A stretch of DNA of 64,000 bases from a virus (Duplodnaviria > Caudoviricetes). The DNA lies in IMG/VR virus record IMGVR_UViG_3300048819_000116, positions 1,570 through 65,569 of that record. One strand, given 5' to 3'. Below the pieces are notes generated by a model. It was not told the origin of the DNA, made no database searches, and saw only the letters and a program-made list of their open reading frames with translations. Below, in pieces: positions 8,686 to 17,059 of the stretch. Each line of letters opens with the position of its first letter. Within the stretch, counting starts at the first letter, position 1. A program made the translations under genes and the position numbers.

Positions 8686-9084
8686 TTAGATTTCAGGGTT
8701 GAGTTCGCGGGCGATCTCCTCGGCGGCAAACCACGCCATCGCGTTGCGTATGATGTCGGCGTAGTCGCCGCGTCCGCTGAGGCCCTCGGAAATCCCGTAG
8801 GCGCTGAAGTTCGCGCCCAAGTTGCGCAGGCAGTTGAATCCGGCGATCATGGCAAAGGTGTCCTCGCCCAAGTCCCCGGCAAGGTTCTCGGCAAGGGCCA
8901 TGATGTCGGCCTTGTGCGCCTTGAAGAAGGCAACGGTGTCCGTGTAGTAGGTGAAGCCGGTCCAGCCCGCGTCCGCCCCATGGAGCGCAACGTCCGTCAG
9001 GCTTTCAACGTCGCCAATCTGGCGGATTACGGCGCGGGTGAGGCGCGGGAACCGCGTGTCGCTAACTTTGATGTCAGTTTTCAT
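8686..9084 (-). CDS. hypothetical early phage protein (G...GF.YY.DT..F family)
   Basis: HGADAGWTGFTYYTDTVAFFKAH motif. Confidence 0.6.
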   Translation of the reverse strand: MKTDIKVSDTRFPRLTRAVIRQIGDVESLTDVALHGADAGWTGFTYYTDTVAFFKAHKADIMALAENLAGDLGEDTFAMIAGFNCLRNLGANFSAYGISEGLSGRGDYADIIRNAMAWFAAEEIARELNPEI

Positions 9085-9166
9085 TTAGTCGGAGTCTATC
9101 GTTGGTTGGTTCGTCTCCCGCGCCCGCTTGCCAGCGTTCCGTAGCGCGTTCCGACGAGGAATGGGG

Positions 9167-9466
9167 TTAGGGGGTGACAGCTTCTCCCTTGCGCCTAGCA
9201 TGGCCTTGGGAGGCGTAAATCGCCTTGGCGCGATGGCCGTCTAAATTCGCTCGGCGCGTCCAATCGCAAGCCGCGTCATAAGGCGAGAGCGTTGACCTCC
9301 CAAGGACTGATTGGGTCTTCTGGGCCATTTCGCCGCCCTGCGGCCAGCTGGTCTCCGCGTACCATTCAATGAGACCTGTCTCATAGCCATGGTCCATTTG
9401 TTTGTGGTTAGTAACAGTGACTAGAACCGCCTCGTAAGGCTTGGCTGTGTCTTTTTCGTTTTTCAT
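9167..9466 (-). CDS. hypothetical early protein
   Basis: Standalone ORF between repeated intergenic elements. Confidence 0.5.
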   Translation of the reverse strand: MKNEKDTAKPYEAVLVTVTNHKQMDHGYETGLIEWYAETSWPQGGEMAQKTQSVLGRSTLSPYDAACDWTRRANLDGHRAKAIYASQGHARRKGEAVTP

Positions 9467-9491
9467 TTTCGTCGGAATGTGCTCGTAGCGG

Positions 9492-9686
9492 TTACTCGAA
9501 ATACTCGCGGCAGTTATAGCGATCCGCGAGGATCAGGATTGCCGATGTGGCCTCTCGGTGTGCGGGCGAGCCGAAAGGGTTGGCCTTCTGCGCGTCCTGC
9601 ATCGCAACAACTGCGGGCAGCTTGAAGAAGTCGCGCATTGAAATGCTCGGCTTCGCGGTGACTGTGGGGACTAGTGTCTGTGTCAT
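9492..9686 (-). CDS. small hypothetical protein, first gene of the leftward operon
   Basis: ATG 9686; 3' part of track ORF 9492..10076. Confidence 0.45.
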   Translation of the reverse strand: MTQTLVPTVTAKPSISMRDFFKLPAVVAMQDAQKANPFGSPAHREATSAILILADRYNCREYFE

Positions 9687-9924
9687 GTAGGTGTCAGCGG
9701 CTGGGGCCTCGGCGCGTTTGCGCCTCGCTTGCGGCTCAGAATGAGCACCCCGACCTACTGACGGACACAGTTGGAGCACCCTTTTTGGTTTCTGGCAATG
9801 CCAGAATACGCGGATGTTGATGGGCAAGGGGTTGGGATGCATTTTAGTTTTTGGGAGGCGTGGCTCGTTGCGTGCTGTGGGCAACTTTTTATTGGTCATT
9901 TGCCGCGCGCGCAGCGGTTCCAAA

Positions 9925-10341
9925 ATGCCAGCACTTGAACTCGTCGAAACCGAAGTTGAGGACGCCGAACTCCCGGCGATCCATGCCGGGGCCAGCCTCA
10001 CTGAAATGCTTGAGGCCCTGCCAGCGGTGCGCCGCCGGATCGCGGAGGCTTGGCTCGATGGCCTGACGGCAACCAAGTGGGCCTACGACATCGCTTCCAA
10101 GAAGCGGATCGTGGAGCCGGACCACAAGCTGCGCGTGGAGGCCGCCTCCAAGCTCGCCGCGTACCTCGAGGGCATGCCTGGTCAAACGCTGATCGTGAAG
10201 ACGCCGCGCGGCTCCGGGTCGGGCGGCCGGCTGGTGGGCGACGACCAGGAGGCCGCGTTTGACGCAGCGATGGCGGCAAGCCCCGCGCTCAGGGAGGCCA
10301 TGCGCAAGCGGCTGGAGCGGGCAGAGAGGGCGGCAAAGTGA
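9925..10341 (+). CDS. hypothetical protein, possibly terminase small subunit-like
   Basis: Helical; EPDHKLRVEAASKL and flexible tail resemble TerS-like proteins; start moved to ATG 9925. Confidence 0.4.
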   Translation: MPALELVETEVEDAELPAIHAGASLTEMLEALPAVRRRIAEAWLDGLTATKWAYDIASKKRIVEPDHKLRVEAASKLAAYLEGMPGQTLIVKTPRGSGSGGRLVGDDQEAAFDAAMAASPALREAMRKRLERAERAAK

Positions 10342-10428
10342 GAAACTCCCAACGACTTACGGAAGCCGGGCTTTCGTAGGCACGTCTGGAAAAAACTGAA
10401 GTGTTGGTGGGCAACGTTTTGCGTGCCT

Positions 10429-10456
10429 ACTTAACATAATGTAAATTGTGGAGCAC
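10429..10456 (-). other. dif-like XerC/XerD recombination site
   Basis: Minus strand GTGCTCCACAA-TTTACA-TTATGTTAAGT, an 11-6-11 layout; the XerD arm differs by 1 nt from E. coli TTATGTTAAAT. Confidence 0.65.
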
Positions 10457-10849
10457 GCTGGTTTCGACCCCACACAGGCCCCCGGATCTGCCATTAGCCG
10501 CTGAAACCTTGCACCCGGCGGCCGGCGCCGGGCCCTGATCCGACCAACCCCAACCGCGACCGCGGCGGGAGGTACCCATATACCCCAATAGGCGGCTCAT
10601 GCGCCCCCCGTTCCTATCGTTCCCCTGCCCTTCCTCCCTTCCCCTTCCTTATTGCCACCCACCTGCCATATCCCCTTTTTGGGTCCCCTTTGATCGCCGT
10701 TGGACCCCCGCCCCCGGTTCGACGCTGGCCTAGTTTCTTTCGTCGTGGCGGGGTTTTCTTGGCCTAGAAGGTATCTCGGTAGCCTTTTTGGGGTCGCGGG
10801 CCTTCTAGGCCATCTGCTGTGCCCATATCCCATTTTTGACCCCTTTTCC

Positions 10850-11020
10850 TGCCCGTTCTGCGTTCTGTTCTGAAATGCGCCCACCGAGAACGTGATGTTC
10901 TGGAAATTGGGTATGTTCTGTTCTGCTTCTCCCCTTTCCATGGGGAAAGCAGAACACCAATTCCAGAACACTCTCGTTCTGACGTTCCAGAACACCAATT
11001 ATAGAACACCAGAACATCCT
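10850..11020. repeat. iteron-like cluster of GTTCT/AGAAC pentamers around a central hairpin (putative origin)
   Basis: Mostly GTTCT left of and AGAAC right of the palindrome TTCTGCTTCTCCCC/GGGGAAAGCAGAA (~10921-10953); AGAACACCAATT occurs twice. Confidence 0.45.
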
Positions 11021-11033
11021 TGACAGACTTGCG

Positions 11034-11276
11034 TTGTCATATACCCCCAAAGTCACCATGAGTTTGAAGGCAATGAAGGCCGAGGCGGCCAATATGCCGC
11101 CCCTTTTCCACAACGATCCGGACGCCCTCCTTTTCGACATAAACCAAAGCGAGGTCGTCAAATGGTTGGTCGCGCAGCCCGGGATGAAGCTGTACGTCTT
11201 TGAGCGTGCGAAGGACACTGGGGCGATTGTCTTCGACCGCGAGACGAGGAAGTGGCGGGGTGCGTCGGTCCCGTAG
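11034..11276 (+). CDS. hypothetical protein
   Basis: Natural composition; actual start may be ATG 11058. Confidence 0.5.
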   Translation: MSYTPKVTMSLKAMKAEAANMPPLFHNDPDALLFDINQSEVVKWLVAQPGMKLYVFERAKDTGAIVFDRETRKWRGASVP

Positions 11277-11279
11277 GAC

Positions 11280-11486
11280 CTAGGCTGCGGGCGCCTCAAG
11301 TTCCTTTCCGGAGCCGTCCAGGAACGTCATGTCGTGCACCGTCGCCTTCTTCGTCGTGCACCTTGCGCAGGTCATGAGGACTGTCCTTGTCCCCACCGGG
11401 TCGATGTTCGACTTAGGGCGCTCCATCTGGCGCGAGCAGACGACGCACCTGATCGTTATCCCGCCTGCCATCATGCCTTGAGCCAA
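11280..11486 (-). CDS. zinc-ribbon protein
   Basis: CVVC...CARC. Confidence 0.55.
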   Translation of the reverse strand: MAQGMMAGGITIRCVVCSRQMERPKSNIDPVGTRTVLMTCARCTTKKATVHDMTFLDGSGKELEAPAA

Positions 11487-13144
11487 TACCTCGGCCTGCC
11501 CCTGTCGTCCTTCGACACCCCGAGCGCGCCGGCCTGAACCGCGTCGTCGATCACGCTGTAGAAGGCGCTGACGCCTATGGGCTTCATGTCCCTGGCCACG
11601 GCGTGGATGCGGCGGAACCCGGTTGCAGCCTCCTCGGCCTTCGGGAAGGCGTCCTTGTAGGTGGCGAAGGAGAACTGCCGCGGCGCGCCCGCACCCTTGC
11701 CGGCGCCGGCCTTTGTGGTCTCCTCTGCGTCGGGGGTGCGCGGCTCCCAGAAGATCGCCCGAAGGCGCTTCTTCCTGCCCGGCAGCTCGATCAGCTCCTC
11801 CGAGTGCCTGAGGTAGATGGAGGTCACGATCTCGTCCCTGACCCCGGCCCCCTGCGGGACCTCGCGCGTGACGCCGGCCCTGTTGCCGCGCTTGGCGAGG
11901 ACAAGCGTGAACTCCCCCTTCTGTCCCGCCGCCCGCAGGCTCATGATAGCCCTGGCCCAGTTGATGATCTCGGCGCCCCCGGCCATGTCGTACATGACCT
12001 CGTGCCAGAGGCGCTCGGCCCTCTCCTTGCCGGTCGCGGGTTTCGTCGTATGGTGGACGAGGACGAAGGCGAAGCTCGCCGGCTCATTCAGGCTGTTGAG
12101 TCCCGCCCGCAGGAAGTCGCCGAGATCCCGCCCGTCCGTCACGTCCCCCTCGATGTACGCCTGGAGGGGGTTCACCCACACGAGGTCCGGCTTGTGGCGG
12201 GCGATCAATCTGCGCAGGGCGTCGATGAACGAATGCCCGCGCCTCACCCGCTCCGTGACGATGAGGACGCGCTCCGCCACCAGCGCCTCCTCAGCCGTGG
12301 AGAGGCGCATCATGTGGCGAAGGGACTCCCATACCTCGCCGATGTCCCCGTCCGAGTCCTCGGCCTGCACGACGAGGGAGCGCAGGGGGCCGTTGGGCCG
12401 TATCCCCATGAAGGGTCGGCCAAGGGCGTAGCACACGGCCTGCTGGAGGGCGATCGACGACTTGCCCATCCCCGACGTGCTGGAGAGCACCATCCCGTCC
12501 CCGCGGTTGAGATACCGGTCGCCAAGGAGGACGGATTTGTCGGCCGGGTCCGGGACCCCGAACCTCGGGAGCGGGGTGGCGGGGTATTCCTCATTTCGGC
12601 TGCGAAGGGCCTCGATCCTCGAGGCGACCCCGCGAAGCGCGCCGTCGGGGCATTTCGAGAGCTCCAGGCCAAGCCTCTCCTTCTCGGCCGCGGCCCAGCG
12701 CCCGTCGACCTCCGCGTACCACTCCTTGAAGCCGAGCCCGAGCCCGCCCGACACCTGGACGCGCAGGATGTCGTTCGCCGTGAGCCCGGTGGCCTTCTCG
12801 AACGCCGCCTCGTCGGCCGAGAACCGGTGTCCCTCCTGCATCGCCTTCCAGATGGACCTCGCGTGCGGGTCATGGAACGCCTCGAGCGGCAGGTGCCGCG
12901 CCCTCGGCCAGAAGTTGCCCTCGATGTCGGTCATGCAGGACGAGACGAGCCTCTGCTCGGCGCCCGCCCCTTGCGCCGCATCCCCCGCCCCGTTCCTCCC
13001 ATGCGCCGGGACCGGCACGGCCCCCTCCTCTGGGAACGCCTCCGCGATCTCCTGCGGCGTCGGCTCGGCCTCCTTCACCACCTTCACCGGCAGCGCCGGG
13101 GCTGGCGCGGCCTGCGGGGGGTCGTCAGGGTCGAGCTCGATCAT
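11471..13144 (-). CDS. RepA/AAA_25-type replicative helicase with DnaB-N-like N-terminus and C-terminal winged helix
   Basis: Walker A STSGMGKS, VVQAED, VNPLQAY, LVHHTTKP; start moved to ATG 13144. Confidence 0.8.
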   Translation of the reverse strand: MIELDPDDPPQAAPAPALPVKVVKEAEPTPQEIAEAFPEEGAVPVPAHGRNGAGDAAQGAGAEQRLVSSCMTDIEGNFWPRARHLPLEAFHDPHARSIWKAMQEGHRFSADEAAFEKATGLTANDILRVQVSGGLGLGFKEWYAEVDGRWAAAEKERLGLELSKCPDGALRGVASRIEALRSRNEEYPATPLPRFGVPDPADKSVLLGDRYLNRGDGMVLSSTSGMGKSSIALQQAVCYALGRPFMGIRPNGPLRSLVVQAEDSDGDIGEVWESLRHMMRLSTAEEALVAERVLIVTERVRRGHSFIDALRRLIARHKPDLVWVNPLQAYIEGDVTDGRDLGDFLRAGLNSLNEPASFAFVLVHHTTKPATGKERAERLWHEVMYDMAGGAEIINWARAIMSLRAAGQKGEFTLVLAKRGNRAGVTREVPQGAGVRDEIVTSIYLRHSEELIELPGRKKRLRAIFWEPRTPDAEETTKAGAGKGAGAPRQFSFATYKDAFPKAEEAATGFRRIHAVARDMKPIGVSAFYSVIDDAVQAGALGVSKDDRGRPRYWLKA

Positions 13145-14268
13145 GGCGCGGCGTGCTTGAGGATTCGACGCCCGATCCACTCCGCGACGCTTGCCGTCAC
13201 GCCGTTTCCTATCTGCTTGTACCGGGGGCCGTCGGCCTGCTTCTGGGGCGTGGAGTCCTGAACGAGCCACTGGTTTCCCTCGAGGTGGATCTTGCGGCAT
13301 TTGCGCGCCGTGTGGCCGTCGGGCCAGCCCTGCAGGCGCTCGCATTCGGTCGGCGTCAGGCGGCGGACACCAGTGTTGCCCACGACGCCGTTCTGGCGGC
13401 GCGAACCGTTGTTGTCGGGACTCGTGATCTGCGTGGTGTCGAAGATGAGGTGGCCCGGCTTCGTATCGGAATCGACGCCCTCAGAGTCGCGCTCCTGTAG
13501 GCACCCGGCGACGTCGGGCAGGCCGTCTATCTGGACGCCGCCCGCTAGGTCGAAGTCGGTTCCGAGTCCGCCACCGCCTCGAGCGCGGTTCGCAAGGGTG
13601 CCGGTAACTCCTTCCCCCTTTTTTCGGCCCGGCGCAGAATCCCCGCGCACGCTCTCGGGCTCAAATAGTATTTCGACGCAACTTGCGCCTCCAAGACTGC
13701 CGACAAGGAACACACGGCGGCGGCGCTGGGGAACTCCGAAGTATTGGCTATCGAGAACACGCCAAGCGACGTTCCAGCGATTCGGATGCGCCGCTGGTGC
13801 AAATCCAGCATTGCCCCAACCCTCGGGAGGAACCGAAGGCGTGCAGCCCGTGAAGCTGCCGATGACAACCGCGAAGTCTCCTCCTTCATTGGAGGACAGA
13901 GCGCCGCCGACGTTCTCCCAGACGACGTGGCGTGGGCGAAGTGCTCGGCAAACTCGAACCATCTGGCGGAAAAGGCCGCTTCGCTCTCCAGATAGGCCCT
14001 TGCGCAGCCCGGCCACGGAAAGGTCCTGGCAGGGGCTTCCCCCGATGACGGCGAGAGGCCGGGCAGATCCGCTGGGGTGGTGGAATTTCTTGATGTCGGC
14101 ATAAACGGGGATGTCTGGATGGCGGTGGAGGAGCACGGAGGCGGCGTCGCGGTCGTTCTCGACGCGGCAGGCGCAGGTGAACCCGGCGTTGTCGAAGCCC
14201 AGGTCGGCCCCGCCCACGCCCGAGAAAAGGCTGAGGTAGGTGCGTGGCGCATCGTCGAGCTCGATCAT
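13141..14268 (-). CDS. DNA cytosine-5 methyltransferase
   Basis: LFSGVGG (motif I), GGSPCQD (IV), ENV (VI), QRRRRVF (VIII), RRLTPTECERLQG, GNGV (X). Confidence 0.92.
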   Translation of the reverse strand: MIELDDAPRTYLSLFSGVGGADLGFDNAGFTCACRVENDRDAASVLLHRHPDIPVYADIKKFHHPSGSARPLAVIGGSPCQDLSVAGLRKGLSGERSGLFRQMVRVCRALRPRHVVWENVGGALSSNEGGDFAVVIGSFTGCTPSVPPEGWGNAGFAPAAHPNRWNVAWRVLDSQYFGVPQRRRRVFLVGSLGGASCVEILFEPESVRGDSAPGRKKGEGVTGTLANRARGGGGLGTDFDLAGGVQIDGLPDVAGCLQERDSEGVDSDTKPGHLIFDTTQITSPDNNGSRRQNGVVGNTGVRRLTPTECERLQGWPDGHTARKCRKIHLEGNQWLVQDSTPQKQADGPRYKQIGNGVTASVAEWIGRRILKHAAP

Positions 14269-15485
14269 GTGAACAGGGGGCCTTGCGCCTCCGTTATCCT
14301 CGCGCGGGCGATCGCGGCATATGTAGGTTCGCGCTCTATACCCACAAAGCCGAATCCCTCAAGCGAGGCGCCGCGCCCTGTGCTGCCAGACCCAGCGAAT
14401 GGATCAAGCACCTTCCCTGCTGGGGGCGTCACCAGCCTGCAGAGCCAGCGCATCAAATCCGTCGGCTTCACCGTGGGGTGGTTGTTGCCACAAGGAGGAG
14501 GCGGAGCCGCGCCGTGCCGCCTCGTGATATGCTGGCCGCTCGTTTCCGATCGCATCCCAGATTCTAGTCTCGGCAAATCCTCGCAACCAGCATCGCGGTC
14601 ATCCCTGTCAGCCTTGGCGCAATAGAAAAAGCGGGCGGCGCTTCCTCTATCACCCCGCGCTACAGCGTCCCGGGCGGCAGGCATATCCCCGAAGATGCCA
14701 TTGGAAATCCGATCGCGGGAATGCCCGGCAAGGTCGCCTTGCTGGCCGTCCGAGTCCGGGAACGCGGCCAACGCCTCCTTGCTCCCATCATGGCACAGGT
14801 TCGCGGGCCACCGGCCTTCTAGGCGCACCACCGGCGTCTGTCCACCCGCGATCGTCGACAACCCCCAGCCGTCGCCAGTCTCGCGCTTGCCGCGCTCCAT
14901 CGTCCGAATCTGCGCCGCGTCCAGCCCCGCATCCACCGGCACCCGGCATCCTTTGATGTTAAGCGCACCCGTGCCGTGGCGCTCGACGTTCTCTGCCACC
15001 GTGCCGGACAACGGCTTTCGGGCGAGAACGATCGGTTCCCATGCGGGCTTGAGCGCCGTTCCCCACCCTTCACGCTCGCCATGCAGGTTTAGGGATTTCG
15101 GGAAACCAGACCCGTACACCCACGCAAGCTGGTCGCGGATCTCAAACCCGGCGTCCTCGATTGCGCAGACCATTCGGTGATAGGTGCGCGTCCCGCCGAA
15201 CGCGACAAGGTACGCGCCCGGCTTCAGCACGCGGAAAACCTCCCGCCATGTCTGCGGCCGGAAGGCCACGTCGCCGCCGTCCCACGTCTTGCCCATGAAG
15301 CCCGTCGAGATCATCGAGCGCCCAGCTGGCGAGTTCGGATTAACGGAAGCGTCGCCGGTACCGCCCTTTTTGTTCGCGGTGAGATGATACGGCGGATCGG
15401 TCACGCATGAGGCGAATGATTCGGGCTCGAACGTGGGCAACACGACGAGCGAATCCCCCTCGATAATCTGACATTCGCTGCTCAT
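14265..15485 (-). CDS. DNA N6-adenine/N4-cytosine methyltransferase (beta class)
   Basis: TDPPY, HPTVKP, VLDPFAGSGSTG; start moved to ATG 15485. Confidence 0.9.
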   Translation of the reverse strand: MSSECQIIEGDSLVVLPTFEPESFASCVTDPPYHLTANKKGGTGDASVNPNSPAGRSMISTGFMGKTWDGGDVAFRPQTWREVFRVLKPGAYLVAFGGTRTYHRMVCAIEDAGFEIRDQLAWVYGSGFPKSLNLHGEREGWGTALKPAWEPIVLARKPLSGTVAENVERHGTGALNIKGCRVPVDAGLDAAQIRTMERGKRETGDGWGLSTIAGGQTPVVRLEGRWPANLCHDGSKEALAAFPDSDGQQGDLAGHSRDRISNGIFGDMPAARDAVARGDRGSAARFFYCAKADRDDRDAGCEDLPRLESGMRSETSGQHITRRHGAAPPPPCGNNHPTVKPTDLMRWLCRLVTPPAGKVLDPFAGSGSTGRGASLEGFGFVGIEREPTYAAIARARITEAQGPLFT

Positions 15486-15686
15486 AAAAAACGGTCCCCT
15501 GCCCCAAGGCAAAGCTCCGCGCACGAAGTCTTCTGGCGACGCGCCGAAGGCAGGGCCAAGGAGCAGGGGAGAATCATTAGAAGAAAGCACGGGCGATATT
15601 GTGAGGCTGGAGCCCCGCGCTGACGTGACGAATGCAATGGGGTGTTTCCCCCGTCAACGAAATTGTTGCGCCCCGCGCGGAAAACA

Positions 15687-15721
15687 TTCCGGCTTGACCA
15701 GCGTCGCCGCGTCGGCACAGT
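15687..15721 (+). promoter_or_regulatory. promoter with TTCCGGCTTGACCAGC motif; probable leaderless mRNA for the XRE gene
   Basis: TTGACC 15694-15699, 16-nt spacer, CACAGT, ATG 7 nt later; the same 16-mer occurs at 36504. Confidence 0.5.
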
Positions 15722-15728
15722 GGCCCGC

Positions 15729-15980
15729 ATGTCCCCCCTCCTGCGCCGCCGCGAATGGACCAGCCGCTCGCCGATAGAGCTTGCGAAGTTCCGGAGCCGG
15801 CTCGGCAGGAAGCTGCGAATCCGCCGCGAGAGCCGCGAGATAAGCCAGACGCAATTAGCCGCGGCGATGGAGGTCTCGGTCAAGACGATCAACGGCATCG
15901 AGTGCGGGGAGAACCTGCCGTCGATGGGGCTGTACGCGAAGCTGTCCAAGTTCTTCGGTGCGGGGGAGCCGGGGCTGTGA
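15729..15980 (+). CDS. XRE-family HTH regulator
   Basis: LRIRRESREISQTQLAAAMEVSVKTINGIECGENLPS. Confidence 0.85.
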   Translation: MSPLLRRREWTSRSPIELAKFRSRLGRKLRIRRESREISQTQLAAAMEVSVKTINGIECGENLPSMGLYAKLSKFFGAGEPGL

Positions 15981-16147
15981 GCAACGTGTGTTTCAAGTCG
16001 GGCGTGCGCTACCGTGTGAAGAACCCGTTCCTGCGGCCTGCCGGCAGGCATCGCCGCGACATTGCGACCGAGAACCGATCGCTCGTCCCATATCAGCCGA
16101 AGGGCCGCGCCGCCGAGAGGCTGTCGGAACTGCGGCAGCCATTCTGA
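15977..16147 (+). CDS. small basic hypothetical protein
   Basis: GTGA and TGATG overlaps. Confidence 0.4.
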   Translation: MSNVCFKSGVRYRVKNPFLRPAGRHRRDIATENRSLVPYQPKGRAAERLSELRQPF

Positions 16148-16719
16148 TGAACCCCTGCGACCCTTCGCTGCGGGAGATCGACCACCGGGACGACCTGCCC
16201 GAATGGATGATTCTACATTACCGTAAAGTGGGCGTGGATATTCTGATGGAGCCGGTCGCCTTCATCGGCGTCCTGCACGCCGAGTACGAGCAGAAGTTCG
16301 CCGCATGGGGGCCGCTCTGCCACCTGATCGACCCATGGCACGCGCAGCCAGCGGACGTGTACCGCGACAGCCAGAACGCGCAGGCCCATCTGGAGAGCGC
16401 GTACTGGACGGCGAAGAACCGCCTGCCAAACGCGACGCTCCACCGGATGCTCTCCCTTGAGGCCGCTCCGCTTTTCGGGGACGCTTCGCTGTCCCTCGTC
16501 CATCTGGACGGCAACCATTCCCACGCCGCCGTCTCTGCCGACATCGCCGCGTGGTGGCCCAAGGTGCGCCCCGGCGGAATCCTGGCGGGCCATGATCTCT
16601 ACACCCGCCAGCGCGACGCCAACTCGGACGCGCTTAACGCCGTGCTCGATTTCGCGGAGCGGATAAACACGAGGCCGCATGTGACGTGGTGCACGTCTTA
16701 CTACTTCAGGAAGCCATGA
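16147..16719 (+). CDS. class I SAM methyltransferase (Methyltransf_24-like)
   Basis: LIDPW...LVHLDGNHSHAAVSADIAAWWPKVRPGGILAGHD; motif I region looks atypical. Confidence 0.8.
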   Translation: MNPCDPSLREIDHRDDLPEWMILHYRKVGVDILMEPVAFIGVLHAEYEQKFAAWGPLCHLIDPWHAQPADVYRDSQNAQAHLESAYWTAKNRLPNATLHRMLSLEAAPLFGDASLSLVHLDGNHSHAAVSADIAAWWPKVRPGGILAGHDLYTRQRDANSDALNAVLDFAERINTRPHVTWCTSYYFRKP

Positions 16720-16889
16720 TGCTGAGCATCACAATCATCTCCGTGGTCGCCGTCGCAGCCCTTGCCGGCATCGCGCACATGTTCCACGCGCCGTTCTTCG
16801 CGGTCCTCCTCGGCTTCCCGGTGGGCGTCTTCGCCGCAATCGGCGTCGTGATCGCGAATGTGACGATGCCGATCGACAAGGACGAATGA
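16716..16889 (+). CDS. small two-TM membrane protein
   Basis: Two hydrophobic stretches; coupled. Confidence 0.5.
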   Translation: MMLSITIISVVAVAALAGIAHMFHAPFFAVLLGFPVGVFAAIGVVIANVTMPIDKDE

Positions 16890-17059
16890 ATCCCCCTGCC
16901 CCGCCCTCCCGCGCCGAGAAGGTCATCCGCGAGGCGCGCACCTACCGTGGTCGCCGCGCAAAGGCCGCGTGGACCGCGCTCAAGGAAGCCGCCCCCTCCA
17001 ACCTGACCGTGACGCGCAGGGACGGGACAATCGTGTACCGGGAGGACAGGCTGAAGTGA
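16886..17059 (+). CDS. 57-aa basic protein (not in ORF track)
   Basis: MNPPAPPSRAEKVIREAR...; ATGA and GTGA overlaps. Confidence 0.45.
   Translation: MNPPAPPSRAEKVIREARTYRGRRAKAAWTALKEAAPSNLTVTRRDGTIVYREDRLK

Noticed and set aside
8620-9165. Integron attC sites (ATCTAAC at a gene end fits RYYYAAC)
   Set aside because: There is no matching GTTRRRY core downstream and no integron integrase.
10597-11299. Track ORFs 10597..10998, 10764..11009 and 10805..11299 on the minus strand
   Set aside because: They overlap the repeat-rich origin-like region and a more credible + strand gene, and their composition is implausible.
11603-13261. Many long antisense or alternate-frame ORFs (e.g. 11603..13261, 24576..25757, 26047..27408, 46222..47802, 51418..53049)
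   Set aside because: They are GC-rich shadows of recognised genes with low-information Arg/Gly/Pro/Ala content and no motifs.
13141-15485. Restriction-modification or defence system
   Set aside because: The two MTases have no adjacent cognate restriction enzyme; orphan protective MTases are common in phages.
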